NCBI GenBank assembly: GCA_017480385.1
Contig: JAFVAT010000026.1
Location: 13,113-77,112 of the forward strand
Direction: 5' to 3'
From: Alphaproteobacteria bacterium
GTDB taxonomy: Bacteria; Pseudomonadota; Alphaproteobacteria; CAAGCB01; CAG-977
Length of the DNA stretch: 64,000 nt
The position numbers and the translations under genes are program-made. Shown one piece after another: positions 9,564-20,120 of the stretch; within the stretch, counting starts at the first letter, position 1, and each line of letters opens with the position of its first letter. Under the pieces are notes generated by a model, which was not told the origin of the DNA, searched no databases, and was given only the letters and a program-made list of their open reading frames with translations.

Positions 9564-10376
9564 TTATTTATAGCCCTGATCTGCTTTCTTTTCAAGGGAT
9601 TGAATGCACCAAACCGCACTTTCGTACAAAAACAGCAGAGGAACCGCCAATGCCAATTGACTGACAACGTCCGGCGGCGTTAAAACTGCGGCCGCAACAA
9701 AAATAAAAACAACCGCATAGCGGCGAAAATCCTTCAAATTCTGCGCCGTAATGATTCCCAACCGCCCCAAAACAACCAATACGACCGGCAGCTGAAAGCT
9801 GATTCCAAAAGCCAGAATCAAAGTCATTAAAAAGGACAAATATTCGCTTAGCCGCGCTTCCAATACGACGGGCAAAACGTTTTCCGAAGCCGTCAGCTGT
9901 TGAAAAGACAGCAAAAACCGAAATGCGACAGGCATCAATGCAAAAAACACAAACAATGCCCCCAAAGCGAACAGAACCGGAGAAGCAATAAAAATCGGGC
10001 GGACAAAACGGCGTTCATTTTGATAAAGCCCCGGTACAACAAAACGCCAAACTTGAAAAGCAAAATAAGGAAAACCTGTGATTGCCGCCCCAAAAGCGGC
10101 TAATTTCAGATGCGTAACGAACCCTTCCGCCAATCCTGTAAAGATCACGCGCTGTGATCCGCCTGTTTTTTCCATAGCCTGAGCCAAGGGCAGCATCAGA
10201 ATTTCCAATATCTTCCCGGAAAAGGGATACAACAGCACAAAGGCTGCGGCAAAAAAGGCCAAAACCTTTAAAAGCCGGCTGCGCAGTTCTGTCAAATGCC
10301 CGGCCCAAGTCATTAAGTTTTCAGAATTTTCCAATTCTTTTTCAATCACGTCAGGAGGCAAGGACTCATTTATCAT
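9564..10376 (-). CDS. tatC: Twin-arginine translocase TatC
   Basis: HLTELRSRL, PGLYQNER, FQLP and LTPPD motifs; multiple TM helices. Confidence 0.95.
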   Translation of the reverse strand: MINESLPPDVIEKELENSENLMTWAGHLTELRSRLLKVLAFFAAAFVLLYPFSGKILEILMLPLAQAMEKTGGSQRVIFTGLAEGFVTHLKLAAFGAAITGFPYFAFQVWRFVVPGLYQNERRFVRPIFIASPVLFALGALFVFFALMPVAFRFLLSFQQLTASENVLPVVLEARLSEYLSFLMTLILAFGISFQLPVVLVVLGRLGIITAQNLKDFRRYAVVFIFVAAAVLTPPDVVSQLALAVPLLFLYESAVWCIQSLEKKADQGYK

Positions 10377-10647
10377 CGGACGCTTCCTTCTTTTCAGGCT
10401 GTTTTTCCTTATTCAGATCGGACGTTTTTTTCTGTTCCGACAGCAGGGCCTTTTCTGCTTTTGCCGCAATTTTATCGGCATCATACATAATATCATCAAT
10501 AAGTTGCGATGATTTTCTGATAAATTGGTTTAAATTTCTGTATAAACGTCCCAAAGCGCGCAAAACGTCCGGCATTTGCTTCGGTCCGACGATCAGCAAA
10601 GCAATCACAAGAATAACGGCAAATTCCGCTGAACTGATCCCAAACAC
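10366..10647 (-). CDS. tatB: Twin-arginine translocase TatB
   Basis: MFGISSAEFAVILVIALLIVGPKQMP; lies between tatA and tatC. Confidence 0.9.
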   Translation of the reverse strand: MFGISSAEFAVILVIALLIVGPKQMPDVLRALGRLYRNLNQFIRKSSQLIDDIMYDADKIAAKAEKALLSEQKKTSDLNKEKQPEKKEASDDK

Positions 10648-10652
10648 AGAAT

Positions 10653-10856
10653 TTATTCTTTCTTGGCCTGATCCATTTCGTTTTGTTTGACTTCGGTTTT
10701 ATTTACGGTTTCGTTTTCTTTATCTTCGTTCAGTCCTTTTTTAAACGAACTGACACTTTTTCCCAGATCTTCAGCCAAAGCCGGCAATTTGCCCCGGCCA
10801 AATAAAACTAAAACGATCAACAGGATAACTAAAAGCTGGAAAAAACCTATTCCCAT
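10653..10856 (-). CDS. tatA: Twin-arginine translocase TatA (67 aa, in frame inside the upstream ORF)
   Basis: MGIGFFQLLVILLIVLVLFGRGKLP…LGKSVSSFKKGL; purine-rich RBS GGAGGAAGGGG before ATG 10856. Confidence 0.9.
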   Translation of the reverse strand: MGIGFFQLLVILLIVLVLFGRGKLPALAEDLGKSVSSFKKGLNEDKENETVNKTEVKQNEMDQAKKE

Positions 10857-11558
10857 AATACTTTCCCCTTCCTCCAAACCGAAAAAAACAACGAAAAACA
10901 GAACAAGCTTTTGAACGCTGAACGCCAAAAAACGGGAAACAAAGTCAAAATCCCGTCCTATATAATTGCCCAGAACAGGCAGTAAAATCAATAAAAAAGC
11001 TATTATGCCAAAGCCGTATCTTTCTGTTTTGGCAAACTTGACCGCCCACGGCAGCGGCAGCAATCCCGTCATAATCCGCCCCCCGTCCATTGGCAAAATC
11101 GGGATCAGATTAAACATCATCACAGACAAATTTAAAACGATAATATTCAACAAAATCCGCATTGCCGGCTGCGGCAAAGCGACATGAAACACATTTTGGC
11201 ATAGGCTTAATACGGCAAAAGCGCAGATTGTCTGAAACAAATTCATTGCCGGGCCGGCCAAAGCAACCCATACCATATCTCTTTTCGGATTTCTTAAACG
11301 GCTGAAACGAACCGGCACGGGCTTGGCCCAGCCAAAGACAAACGGCGATTTTGATAAAATCAAAATTAACGGAAATAAAACTGTTCCCACGGAATCCACA
11401 TGTCGCAGCGGATTTAAGGACAGCCGTTTCATGTCTCGTGCTGTCGTATCGCCGAAATAAAGCGCCGCACAGCCATGTGCTATTTCATGCAAAACAACCG
11501 CCAAAATAACGGGAACAGCCCATTCCGCAACAGACAGAACCGTTTCAAGCACAGTCAT
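10653..11558 (-). CDS. Site-2 protease (M50 family) reading through in frame into TatA
   Basis: HEIAH, FGWAKPVP, VALAGP and FNLIPILPMDGG motifs; no stop codon before the tatA ATG. Confidence 0.85.
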   Translation of the reverse strand: MTVLETVLSVAEWAVPVILAVVLHEIAHGCAALYFGDTTARDMKRLSLNPLRHVDSVGTVLFPLILILSKSPFVFGWAKPVPVRFSRLRNPKRDMVWVALAGPAMNLFQTICAFAVLSLCQNVFHVALPQPAMRILLNIIVLNLSVMMFNLIPILPMDGGRIMTGLLPLPWAVKFAKTERYGFGIIAFLLILLPVLGNYIGRDFDFVSRFLAFSVQKLVLFFVVFFGLEEGESIMGIGFFQLLVILLIVLVLFGRGKLPALAEDLGKSVSSFKKGLNEDKENETVNKTEVKQNEMDQAKKE

Positions 11559-11559
11559 A

Positions 11560-12585
11560 TCAGGCAGTCATTTCCGGCAAGCGTGCCCTCGCCGCGTCAT
11601 AATCAAAAGCAACGGCCTGCTCCCGCGCTGCCTGAACCATTTCCTGACCGCGCACAAAACGTTCCATTGCCCGTGAAGACAGCGGCTCAATCGCTGAAGC
11701 AATCAGTTCCATTTCGTCCATATCGCCGTTGCAGTGCAAAACCGCATCGCACCCGACGGCCAAAGCTTCGGAAGTCAGATCAGACAATGTACCGGACAGC
11801 GCTTTCATTGACAAATCATCACAAATCAAAAAGCCCTTAAATCCGATTTCATCACGGATAATGTCCTGAATGACCTTTGTTGATAACGAAGCCGGTTTAT
11901 GAGCATCAATCGCCGTATACATGACATGGGCCGTCATGCCCCATGGAGCGTCAGCCAAATATTTAAACGGCACAAAATCCGTTTGTTTCAGCGTTTCCAA
12001 ATCAGCCGTTACTTCCGGCAGTTCAAAATGACTGTCGACCACGGCACGGCCATGTCCGGGCATATGCTTTATTACCGGCAGAACGCCTTCGTCCAACAAA
12101 CCATCGCAGACGGCTTTGCCTAAAGGTCCCGTTGCCTGCGGATTTAAAGAAAAAGTTCGGTCTCCCAATACGGTTTCGTTTGATCCTTCAACAGGAACGT
12201 CCAAAACCGGCGCACAATCGACTGTAATGCCCAATTCGCGCAAATCACGTCCGATTAACCGAGCTGTTCCATACGTCAGCCGGAGTCCTGCCGCTTGTTC
12301 CGGCATATCACCGAAAGTCCGGGCCGGGGGATACTTGGGCCAATGCGACGGCTTTAAACGGGAAACGCGTCCACCCTCCTGATCAATTAAAATAGGAGCA
12401 TCAGCCCTATCTACCGTTTCACGCAAAGACTGAACTAATGTTTTTAATTGTTCCGGAGTCGCAATATTACGCGAAAACAATATAAATCCCAGCGGATTAA
12501 CACGTTCAAAAAAAGACTTTTCTTCATCGGTCAGAGCCAGACCGGAGCAGCCGAACACAACGGCTGATGGATATTCATTTGACAA
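11560..12585 (-). CDS. nagZ: Beta-N-acetylhexosaminidase (GH3)
   Basis: IDQEGGRV and KHMPGHG…DSH motifs. Confidence 0.95.
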   Translation of the reverse strand: MSNEYPSAVVFGCSGLALTDEEKSFFERVNPLGFILFSRNIATPEQLKTLVQSLRETVDRADAPILIDQEGGRVSRLKPSHWPKYPPARTFGDMPEQAAGLRLTYGTARLIGRDLRELGITVDCAPVLDVPVEGSNETVLGDRTFSLNPQATGPLGKAVCDGLLDEGVLPVIKHMPGHGRAVVDSHFELPEVTADLETLKQTDFVPFKYLADAPWGMTAHVMYTAIDAHKPASLSTKVIQDIIRDEIGFKGFLICDDLSMKALSGTLSDLTSEALAVGCDAVLHCNGDMDEMELIASAIEPLSSRAMERFVRGQEMVQAAREQAVAFDYDAARARLPEMTA

Positions 12586-13429
12586 CGAAACACTCCTGTT
12601 TTTTCGATTTTAATTGATCGCACAAAGCTCCCGCTTCATCGCGCGTTTCAAATTGTCCGACACGCAGACGATAAAACGTTCCGCTTGCAACGACCGTCTT
12701 AGAGATTAAATATGGTTGATCAGCAATAATTTCTTTAAATTTTTTGGATAAGCGTTTCCATTCGCTTTCTGCAGCACTTTGAGAACGGGTCGACACCAGC
12801 TGAACCATATACTTTTCGGTTTGTTCGGCGGGCTGAACCGACGACTGCTTTGCAGGATTCTGCAACTGAGCGGGAATTGCTTCGGTTTTTTGTACCGTCT
12901 TGGCAGGAACCGCGGCTTCGACAGATACCGTTTCTTTAAACATTACCTCAACAGGTGTGCCGTCCTCTTCGTATAAAACGGCTGTTGCCTGCTGTTGTTC
13001 CTGTTCAATAATATCCGCCGCCAAAGCAGCGATAATATCCTCCGGTTCTTTAACCGTTTCTTTTTTGGAGACTGTCGGCTTTACCGGCTTTTCCATAGAC
13101 GGCAGCAATCGTTCGACCGGCAATTCCGTATTGCTTTTGCGCAGGCGTTCATACACTAGTTTATCGCGGTTGGGAACGTCCATGCCCCCCGGAGTTTCAG
13201 GCCTCATGCCGTCAACAGAAAGATCGGCATGAATTACCGGCAATGTCCCGCTGTCTGCGCCGTAATAAACAGAGACATACCGGCCAAAGGTCAGCCACCC
13301 TATTGCAATGGCGGCCACAATACCAATGACGATGCCGATCAAAATCGCCGGCTTTTTTTTGCGCTGTTCTATCCGTTCTTCCCGGAAAGAAGCCAGAACA
13401 TCGTCCTGAGACGTATCCAAATCCTGCAT
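12575..13429 (-). CDS. SPOR-domain membrane protein (FtsN-like)
   Basis: Single N-terminal TM; PGGMDVPNRDKLVY; C-terminal YMVQL…FYRLRVG…C…C SPOR domain; between argS and nagZ. Confidence 0.9.
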   Translation of the reverse strand: MQDLDTSQDDVLASFREERIEQRKKKPAILIGIVIGIVAAIAIGWLTFGRYVSVYYGADSGTLPVIHADLSVDGMRPETPGGMDVPNRDKLVYERLRKSNTELPVERLLPSMEKPVKPTVSKKETVKEPEDIIAALAADIIEQEQQQATAVLYEEDGTPVEVMFKETVSVEAAVPAKTVQKTEAIPAQLQNPAKQSSVQPAEQTEKYMVQLVSTRSQSAAESEWKRLSKKFKEIIADQPYLISKTVVASGTFYRLRVGQFETRDEAGALCDQLKSKKQECFVVK

Positions 13430-13432
13430 AAA

Positions 13433-15184
13433 CTACATCTCCTCTGCGGGAACAACGCCGAAAACGTCCAATCCCGACTGAATGACAACAGCGACAGCCT
13501 CTACCAACGCCAAACGAGCTAAAGACAACGCCGGTTTTTCCTGTTCTAAAAAGCGTAATTCGGCATTGTCTCTGCCTTTATTCCACAAACCGTGGAAAGC
13601 CGCGGCCACATCGTTTAGATAGTATGCGATGCGATGCGGTTCGTGCGCCGCAGCGGCAGTTTCTATCTGGCGCGGAAATTCAGCCAACAATCGAATTAAA
13701 GCGATTTCCGCTTCATCTGTCAACAGGGTAAAGTCGGCTTTGGACAGTTCAGACAATCCCAAATCCTGCTGCGGAAACATTTCAGCCGCGCGCCGCCGCA
13801 CGGACCGCGCACGGGCGAAGGCATAATTCACATAAAAAACTGGATTGTCTTTGGATTGCTCCTTGACTTTTTCCACATCAAAATCCAAATGAGCATCGTT
13901 TTTTCGCGTCAGCATGATAAAGCGCATCACATCTTTGCCGACGGCGTCCACCATATCGCGCAAAGTCACAAAGCGCCCTGCCCGCTTGGACATTTTCATC
14001 GGTTCGCCGTTGCACATCAAATTGACCATTTGACACAGCTTGACGTCCAGTTTGGCCTTTCCGTCAGTCAACGCTTTAACAGCGGCCTGCAGCCGTTTGA
14101 CATAACCGGCATGGTCTGCTCCCCAAACATTGATCATGTCATCAAAACCGCGGCGATATTTATCCAAATGATACGCCATATCAGAAGCAAAATAGGTCTG
14201 GAAACCATTTGATTTTTTCAAAGCCCGATCAACATCATCGCCAAATTCAGTCGCTTTAAACAATGTCTGTGGCCGCGGTTCCCAATCATCGGGCAGCTTG
14301 CCTTTCGGCGGTTCCAAAACGCCTTCATAAATCAGCCCTTTGGCACGCAGAAATTCTATGACCTCTTCGATTTTGCCGACTTCGACCAAAGCGCGCTCAG
14401 AGGAAAACACATCAAACTTAATCCCCAAAGCCGCCAGGTCGTCCCGGATCATATCCATCATTTTATTGATTGAAAATGTTCTGAAATATGCCAACCATTC
14501 GCTTTCCGGCTTATCCAGCCACTTTGCACCCTCTTTTTCAGCCAGCTCTCTGCCGACAGGAATCAGATATTCACCGGGATATAAACCTTCGGGAATTTCC
14601 CCGATTTTTTCGCCCAAAGCTTCTTTATAACGCAGATACGCCGACCGCGCCAGCACGTCCACCTGAGCCCCCGCATCATTAACATAATATTCGCGCGTCA
14701 CATCGTAGCCGGCTTTTTCCAAAAGAGACGCCAGAGCATCACCGAAAACGGCCCCGCGACTGTGTCCCACATGCATCGGACCGGTCGGATTAGCGGAAAC
14801 AAACTCCACGTTTTTCTTTTGCCCTTTGCCCATATCAGAGGAACCGAAACGGTCCCCCTGTTCCAAAATTTCACGCAGGCAGGACTCCCAAAACGACTTG
14901 GACAACCGCAGATTGACAAACCCCGGACCGGCGATTTCAACACTGTCGACAATCGGCAAATCCTTTAAGCCTTCAGCCAGAATTTCAGCAAACTGACGAG
15001 GTTTCATACCGGCCTGATTCGCCATGACCAAAGCGGCATTTGTCGCCGCGTCTCCATGCGCCGGATCCCGCGGCGGTTCGGCCACCATACGGTCCGCATT
15101 CAGATTGGCCGGCAGTTTGCCCTGTTCGGCCAGATTGTCCAGAGTTTCAACGATATTGTTTCTGATAAGGGTAAAAATGTTCAT
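13433..15184 (-). CDS. argS: Arginine--tRNA ligase
   Basis: [22 protein letters not shown] and C-terminal PAEEM. Confidence 0.98.
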   Translation of the reverse strand: MNIFTLIRNNIVETLDNLAEQGKLPANLNADRMVAEPPRDPAHGDAATNAALVMANQAGMKPRQFAEILAEGLKDLPIVDSVEIAGPGFVNLRLSKSFWESCLREILEQGDRFGSSDMGKGQKKNVEFVSANPTGPMHVGHSRGAVFGDALASLLEKAGYDVTREYYVNDAGAQVDVLARSAYLRYKEALGEKIGEIPEGLYPGEYLIPVGRELAEKEGAKWLDKPESEWLAYFRTFSINKMMDMIRDDLAALGIKFDVFSSERALVEVGKIEEVIEFLRAKGLIYEGVLEPPKGKLPDDWEPRPQTLFKATEFGDDVDRALKKSNGFQTYFASDMAYHLDKYRRGFDDMINVWGADHAGYVKRLQAAVKALTDGKAKLDVKLCQMVNLMCNGEPMKMSKRAGRFVTLRDMVDAVGKDVMRFIMLTRKNDAHLDFDVEKVKEQSKDNPVFYVNYAFARARSVRRRAAEMFPQQDLGLSELSKADFTLLTDEAEIALIRLLAEFPRQIETAAAAHEPHRIAYYLNDVAAAFHGLWNKGRDNAELRFLEQEKPALSLARLALVEAVAVVIQSGLDVFGVVPAEEM

Positions 15185-15185
15185 C

Positions 15186-16364
15186 TTATAATCTCACTTG
15201 AGGATCAAAAAGCCGCATATGGAGTTCTATCGCGGAAGCGTCCGTCAGTCCGGCAACGAAATCGGCCACTGCGCGAGCTTTTTGCTTTCGGCCCTCTTCC
15301 GTATCAGGATATTGGCGCACCCTGAACTGCCACTTCGGCGGCAAAATGTTGTTTTCGGCAAACAACAGGGAAAACAGATCCTTCACTATTCTTTTCCCCT
15401 TGCTTGTCATTTGATTGATCTTGTAATGACGGTACATGTTCGGGAACAAAAATCCTTTTAAATCAAGCATCTGCTTTTTCATATTTTCCGAAAAAGCGAT
15501 AACGGGACGACCGCAGGACCGAATGTCCTCCACGCTTTGAGGTTTCAGCTTTTCAAGATTTTTGCGCGATTCCTCCGCTACGTCCAAAATCATATCGTTA
15601 ATCATGCGCCGGACCGTTTCCGCAACAATGCGTGTATGTTCCACCTTCGGGTATTCCCGTTTGACCTGATCGTAGTGGTGTTTGAAAAAGTCAACGGAAG
15701 AAATCTCCTCCACCGTAATCAGTCCCGTTTTTAATCCGTCATCTGTATCATGGTTTGAATAAGCGATGTCGTCTGCCAAAGAAGCAACTTGCGCTTCCGC
15801 CCCCGGATATCCGTCCAGTTCCAAATCCTGAACGGCATTATATTCCGATATTTCCAACGGCAAAGGTCCACATTGTTTTCCGATCAAAGGACCGTTATGC
15901 TTAACCAATCCTTCCAACGTTTCCCAAGACAAATTAATCCCGTCAAAACGCGGGTATTTTTGTTCCAGTTTCGTTACCAACTTCAGGGAATGAGCGTTGT
16001 GATCAAAACCGCCGTATGCCTGCATGCATTCGTTCAGAGCCATTTCGCCGGCATGACCGAACGGCGTATGCCCCAGATCATGGGCCAAGGCCAAAGCCTC
16101 CCCCAAATCTTTATTCAGCCCCAGCATACGGCACAAGGAACGCGTAATTTGAGAAACTTCCAGCGAATGCGTCAGGCGCGTGCGCAGGCTAGTGCCTTCG
16201 TGATAGACGAACACCTGCGTTTTGGATTCCAAACGGCGAAAGGCTTCGGAATGAATGATCCGGTCTCTGTCACGCTGAAAGCACGTCCGATAAGGGGCTT
16301 CCTTTTCAGGATATAACCTCCCGCGTGTTTTTTCCGCCCATGTCGCATAAACAGCTAAAGCCAT
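15186..16364 (-). CDS. dgt: Deoxyguanosinetriphosphate triphosphohydrolase (HD family)
   Basis: [31 protein letters not shown] and ADDIAY motifs. Confidence 0.95.
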   Translation of the reverse strand: MALAVYATWAEKTRGRLYPEKEAPYRTCFQRDRDRIIHSEAFRRLESKTQVFVYHEGTSLRTRLTHSLEVSQITRSLCRMLGLNKDLGEALALAHDLGHTPFGHAGEMALNECMQAYGGFDHNAHSLKLVTKLEQKYPRFDGINLSWETLEGLVKHNGPLIGKQCGPLPLEISEYNAVQDLELDGYPGAEAQVASLADDIAYSNHDTDDGLKTGLITVEEISSVDFFKHHYDQVKREYPKVEHTRIVAETVRRMINDMILDVAEESRKNLEKLKPQSVEDIRSCGRPVIAFSENMKKQMLDLKGFLFPNMYRHYKINQMTSKGKRIVKDLFSLLFAENNILPPKWQFRVRQYPDTEEGRKQKARAVADFVAGLTDASAIELHMRLFDPQVRL

Positions 16365-16397
16365 AAATACCTGCCTTCACTTCAAAAAATTCAACGT

Positions 16398-16406
16398 ATT
16401 ATAGCA
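16398..16406 (-). promoter_or_regulatory. Extended -10 promoter element for the dgt-argS operon
   Basis: Minus strand reads TGCTATAAT, 34 nt upstream of the dgt ATG. Confidence 0.5.
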
Positions 16407-16427
16407 AAAGTCAATCAAAAAGCTATT

Positions 16428-17708
16428 TCATTTTGACTCCTGCGCTTCTTTTGACGACATCGATTGATTCCGCGTGCCGCCGGACAGCATTTTTTCCCCT
16501 GATCCCAGCAGTGCTTTCAAAAAAGAAATCCATTTTTCCTTAAGCTTAAATTCTTCAACAGTTATTTCAAAAAATGTTTTAAACGTGTCCAGCGCCAAAT
16601 GTTCCGCGGCCCCCATTTGAGGATGCTGTTTCTTGGGCTTTTTTCCCGCGGCGGCTTCGTTTCCCTGATTTTCAACCGATTGAGGCGTTGCAGAAGCCGC
16701 TTTAAAGTCATTTTGTTTTGACCGTGTTTGCGCAGACTGCATATTTTCCTGCGCCTGCGCAGGAAGAACGGTCTTTTGCAAATCATTCGACTGCCGGATC
16801 GGTGTTTCCGAATTAAGAAGAGAATGGCCGGAAAACAAACCTGACAGACCGCTTTTACCTATTTCGGAAACAGTGTCTTTCACATTGTTTGAAGGAAGGG
16901 GCAAAGAAGCCTTTTCCACATTAAAAGAAAGGGACGGCATCTGCTGCGGTCGCGGCATTACAAGAGTTAATTCCGTCTCTTCCTGTGTCAACTCTTCCTC
17001 TGGCATACGATTATTTTTTGATGAAAGGCGTTTTTTGTTCGATGAAGCTTTTGCCATAGAAGAGAACCGACGGTTTTCCTCTTTTGACCGAACATTCTTT
17101 CCTGTTTTCCGGTGCGGCTGGGAAATCCTATATTTTTTGCCGTCCTGCCCCATTTTTTTATTAAATATCTGCATTGACTGATAGGCATAATTTTCATCTC
17201 CGTCGATCAGCCGGTCATGCTTTTCCACTTCTTGTTCCAAGCGTTTCATATACTTGAAAAAGATCGTTTTGACATTGGCTTCGATTTCTTCACAGCTGTT
17301 TGTTCGGGCGGCGGAACGTTCATACTGCATCAAACAGGCCGAAGCCGTGGGCCGATAAAATTTTTCGGTTATTTCCTCCCTTAACGCGACATGCGTTAAT
17401 TCATGCTTCAGCGTCGCATCAAAATCAATCGAGCCCTTTTTATATTGGTTAACGATCTGCACCGTAATTTGAGAATAACCGAAGGAAAGAACAATTTGTT
17501 TTCTCTGACAATCTACCGATACGCTGTACTGCAGTCCGGCAGACGTACACCCTACTGCGTCCGGACCGCAGCTTGTAACAGGCAAGGACGTTTCATAACG
17601 GATTACCGGCTTGATGCGGTTCACTTTGACATCGGGGCGGACGCCGGCTTCAGTCCGGCATGGAAGCAAAAGAATAAAGAAAACAAGAAAAGCGATCAAT
17701 TTATTCAT
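16428..17708 (-). CDS. Secreted HExxH protein (DUF922-like), paralog 4, with a long low-complexity C-terminal extension
   Basis: Signal peptide; GCT…KGSIDFDATLKHELTH…LIDGDENY. Confidence 0.75.
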   Translation of the reverse strand: MNKLIAFLVFFILLLPCRTEAGVRPDVKVNRIKPVIRYETSLPVTSCGPDAVGCTSAGLQYSVSVDCQRKQIVLSFGYSQITVQIVNQYKKGSIDFDATLKHELTHVALREEITEKFYRPTASACLMQYERSAARTNSCEEIEANVKTIFFKYMKRLEQEVEKHDRLIDGDENYAYQSMQIFNKKMGQDGKKYRISQPHRKTGKNVRSKEENRRFSSMAKASSNKKRLSSKNNRMPEEELTQEETELTLVMPRPQQMPSLSFNVEKASLPLPSNNVKDTVSEIGKSGLSGLFSGHSLLNSETPIRQSNDLQKTVLPAQAQENMQSAQTRSKQNDFKAASATPQSVENQGNEAAAGKKPKKQHPQMGAAEHLALDTFKTFFEITVEEFKLKEKWISFLKALLGSGEKMLSGGTRNQSMSSKEAQESK

Positions 17709-18453
17709 TTTTCAGCCTCTGCCGCTCCTGATTATCCGGATCAGAAGCCCCGTTCTTTTGTTGTGCGGCACACGTTTCAAGGCCATATGCATGCGCGCCG
17801 TTTTCCTGATCCAGCAAGGCATTTTCCTCACGCGCCGCTTCAGCATACCGCTGCGATAATCCGGCGGTTAAATCGGCTATTCTTTGCTGTATTTCTTTAC
17901 AGCCCTTTGATTCCCGCTGTCCGATTGTATATGTCGTGATCAGATTTTGTTCCGTCTGTTTTATAAAATTGTTCAGCGTCCTTTTGTATGCGTCAACATG
18001 CTGCAACTCATGTTTTAGGATTAAATCAAACGGACAGGAACCCTTTTCGTATAAAGAAGACAGTTCCGCCGTCATCTTTTGTGTTTCCGTCACCGTTAAA
18101 ACAATTCGGGAATCATCACAGTTCGCCGCCGCGGAAAAAGCAACTGCAAAACGGGTGCAGCTTAAGGTGTTCCTTTCCTGACAAACAATTTCCGACTGAT
18201 CTGACTTAAAAGCCGTTTCCTGCGATTGATATTTCACGCTGACCTGCGGCATTTTTCGGCTGACTTCCAGATAAGCTGCAGCATTCGGCAAATCCTTTTT
18301 TTGAAAATACGGATCCTTTTTTTGAAAAAACGCCTCTTTCTTTTGATAATGGCGGGTATATTTCTGTTTGGCTGCCTCTGCCGGTTTGAAAAACAATAGG
18401 GCAGCCGCCGCACAGCCGCACAAACACAATGTTGAAATTATTTTCTTTCGCAT
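17701..18453 (-). CDS. Secreted HExxH protein (DUF922-like), paralog 3
   Basis: Signal peptide; SCT…KGSCPFDLILKHELQH; N-terminal [YF]QKK[ED] x3 repeat. Confidence 0.75.
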   Translation of the reverse strand: MRKKIISTLCLCGCAAAALLFFKPAEAAKQKYTRHYQKKEAFFQKKDPYFQKKDLPNAAAYLEVSRKMPQVSVKYQSQETAFKSDQSEIVCQERNTLSCTRFAVAFSAAANCDDSRIVLTVTETQKMTAELSSLYEKGSCPFDLILKHELQHVDAYKRTLNNFIKQTEQNLITTYTIGQRESKGCKEIQQRIADLTAGLSQRYAEAAREENALLDQENGAHAYGLETCAAQQKNGASDPDNQERQRLKNE

Positions 18454-19523
18454 TTATTTTTCAGCTCTTGTTCCATCAAAGGCCTAAATAAAGACTCAAT
18501 ATGATCAATCTGCTTGTTTGCCCGCCGGATATACTTTTGCACAACATCATTTACCGCCTTGTTTAATTTCTGTCCCGAATATTCCTGCTGCAGAGCCTGA
18601 TTATAAACCTGCTTGACAGCGGGTTCAACACCGTCCGCAAAATCGTAAAGAGCTTCTTCTATTTCATCAACCCATTCGAGTTCAAAATCTTTCAACATTT
18701 CATATTCACAGGAACGCGGCTGATAGCGCGATAAAACTTTAGTCTTAATTTCCGGCGCCGAAATCACAATATTAACCTGTCCTAAATAGGTCCGTATTTC
18801 CGATTTAAAGCTGATCGGCATATCCGTACAGCTGAGCATTTTGATCGGCTCGCATTGTTTTTTACCTTTCTTTTCAAAGCATTGCATTTTCTTGCGCAAA
18901 CATTCCGCCCGATTGACGGAAACATATTTCACATCAACGGGAGTATAAGAGACATTCACCTTGGGCGGTGTTTTGCAATTCTGTAAAACAGAATCGACAT
19001 CGTCCCGATCAAATTCCTGATTGATGCGCTTGTCCTCTTTTTGATATTTCTGAACGAACCGATCAAAAGCGCGACTTGCCGCTTCGGTTGACGCCTGACA
19101 CCCCTTTCCCTTTTTAAATTGAGCGTTGAAGGCGTCCAAAATATCAGACATGCCCTGATTCAGCACGCTTTCCAAGGCATCGGCATGCAAATCCATATGG
19201 GTCAGTTCATGATCCAACACTTCTTGGTATTCGCAGGAATCCTTTTTCAGATCACCATGGATTTCAATTTCACGGTCCGTACTGAAAACATCAACCAAAA
19301 TTAGCCGGTTGGCGCAGTCTATCTGCAGCGTGAGCCTCTTTTTGTCCCGTGCGCACCCCAAAACAACGCCGCCCTGCTTGTTCTGAGAACATTTTACTGT
19401 CTTATTTTTGTGTATGTAATGAATTTCATCGGGGTGATAATTGACTTTGATCAATGTCCTGTCCGGCACAGCAAAAGCCGGGAAGCTCAGCAGCAAAGCG
19501 GGCAAAATCTGATAAATCTTCAT
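18438..19523 (-). CDS. Secreted HExxH protein (DUF922-like), paralog 2, with a tandem-duplicated domain
   Basis: Signal peptide; domain 1 KDSCEYQEVLDHELTH; domain 2 PRSCEYEMLKDFELEW (His lost). Confidence 0.75.
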   Translation of the reverse strand: MKIYQILPALLLSFPAFAVPDRTLIKVNYHPDEIHYIHKNKTVKCSQNKQGGVVLGCARDKKRLTLQIDCANRLILVDVFSTDREIEIHGDLKKDSCEYQEVLDHELTHMDLHADALESVLNQGMSDILDAFNAQFKKGKGCQASTEAASRAFDRFVQKYQKEDKRINQEFDRDDVDSVLQNCKTPPKVNVSYTPVDVKYVSVNRAECLRKKMQCFEKKGKKQCEPIKMLSCTDMPISFKSEIRTYLGQVNIVISAPEIKTKVLSRYQPRSCEYEMLKDFELEWVDEIEEALYDFADGVEPAVKQVYNQALQQEYSGQKLNKAVNDVVQKYIRRANKQIDHIESLFRPLMEQELKNKCERK

Positions 19524-20120
19524 TTATTCCTCACATTGTCTTTGCTGATACAGGTAAGCGTCCGTTGAATCCATAAGAGCATTCTGCCGATCGTCTTCCG
19601 CCGCCATACGATCAAGAAAACGGACCAGACTCCTGCTTATTCGATTAAACTGAGCCTGCGTCATGGGAGGGAGCTGTTTTTCCGCTTCGACTAAAACGGC
19701 CTTTGCAATTTCAGGCGCAAAACGGTTTAAAATGCGCCGGTGCAAAGCCAAATGCGTCAATTCATGTTTTAAAACAACATCAAACAAACAGGATCCCTTT
19801 TTCAGATCAGCCAAAAGCTCTATCTCGATATTCCTTAACCCGATTTGCAGAGTCATTTTCTTTAAAGCCCCCTCCGGAGTAAATTCCGAGCCCGTTATGT
19901 TCGCGTAAAACTCAACCCTCGTACAGCCTAATGTATGTCCGGCGGAACCGCTGCAGGCTACTTTGTCGTTTTTATAAATATATTTCGGTACGCCTTCATC
20001 AATCTGAAGCACTGTTTCCGGTTTTATTTGCGCAGACTTCATACGGTTTCCCGCAGCACGGACGGAAAATAAGGGAAAAAGACAGGCTATGAAGAAAACA
20101 ACACGTGAAAAATGTCTCAT
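19524..20120 (-). CDS. Secreted HExxH protein (DUF922-like), paralog 1
   Basis: Signal peptide; LGCT…KGSCLFDVVLKHELTH…QNALMDS. Confidence 0.75.
   Translation of the reverse strand: MRHFSRVVFFIACLFPLFSVRAAGNRMKSAQIKPETVLQIDEGVPKYIYKNDKVACSGSAGHTLGCTRVEFYANITGSEFTPEGALKKMTLQIGLRNIEIELLADLKKGSCLFDVVLKHELTHLALHRRILNRFAPEIAKAVLVEAEKQLPPMTQAQFNRISRSLVRFLDRMAAEDDRQNALMDSTDAYLYQQRQCEE

Noticed and set aside
18296-18350. Three short [YF]QKK[ED] repeats with T-runs as a possible phase-variation tract
   Set aside because: The units are in frame and degenerate, with no sign of slippage; treated as a low-complexity linker.
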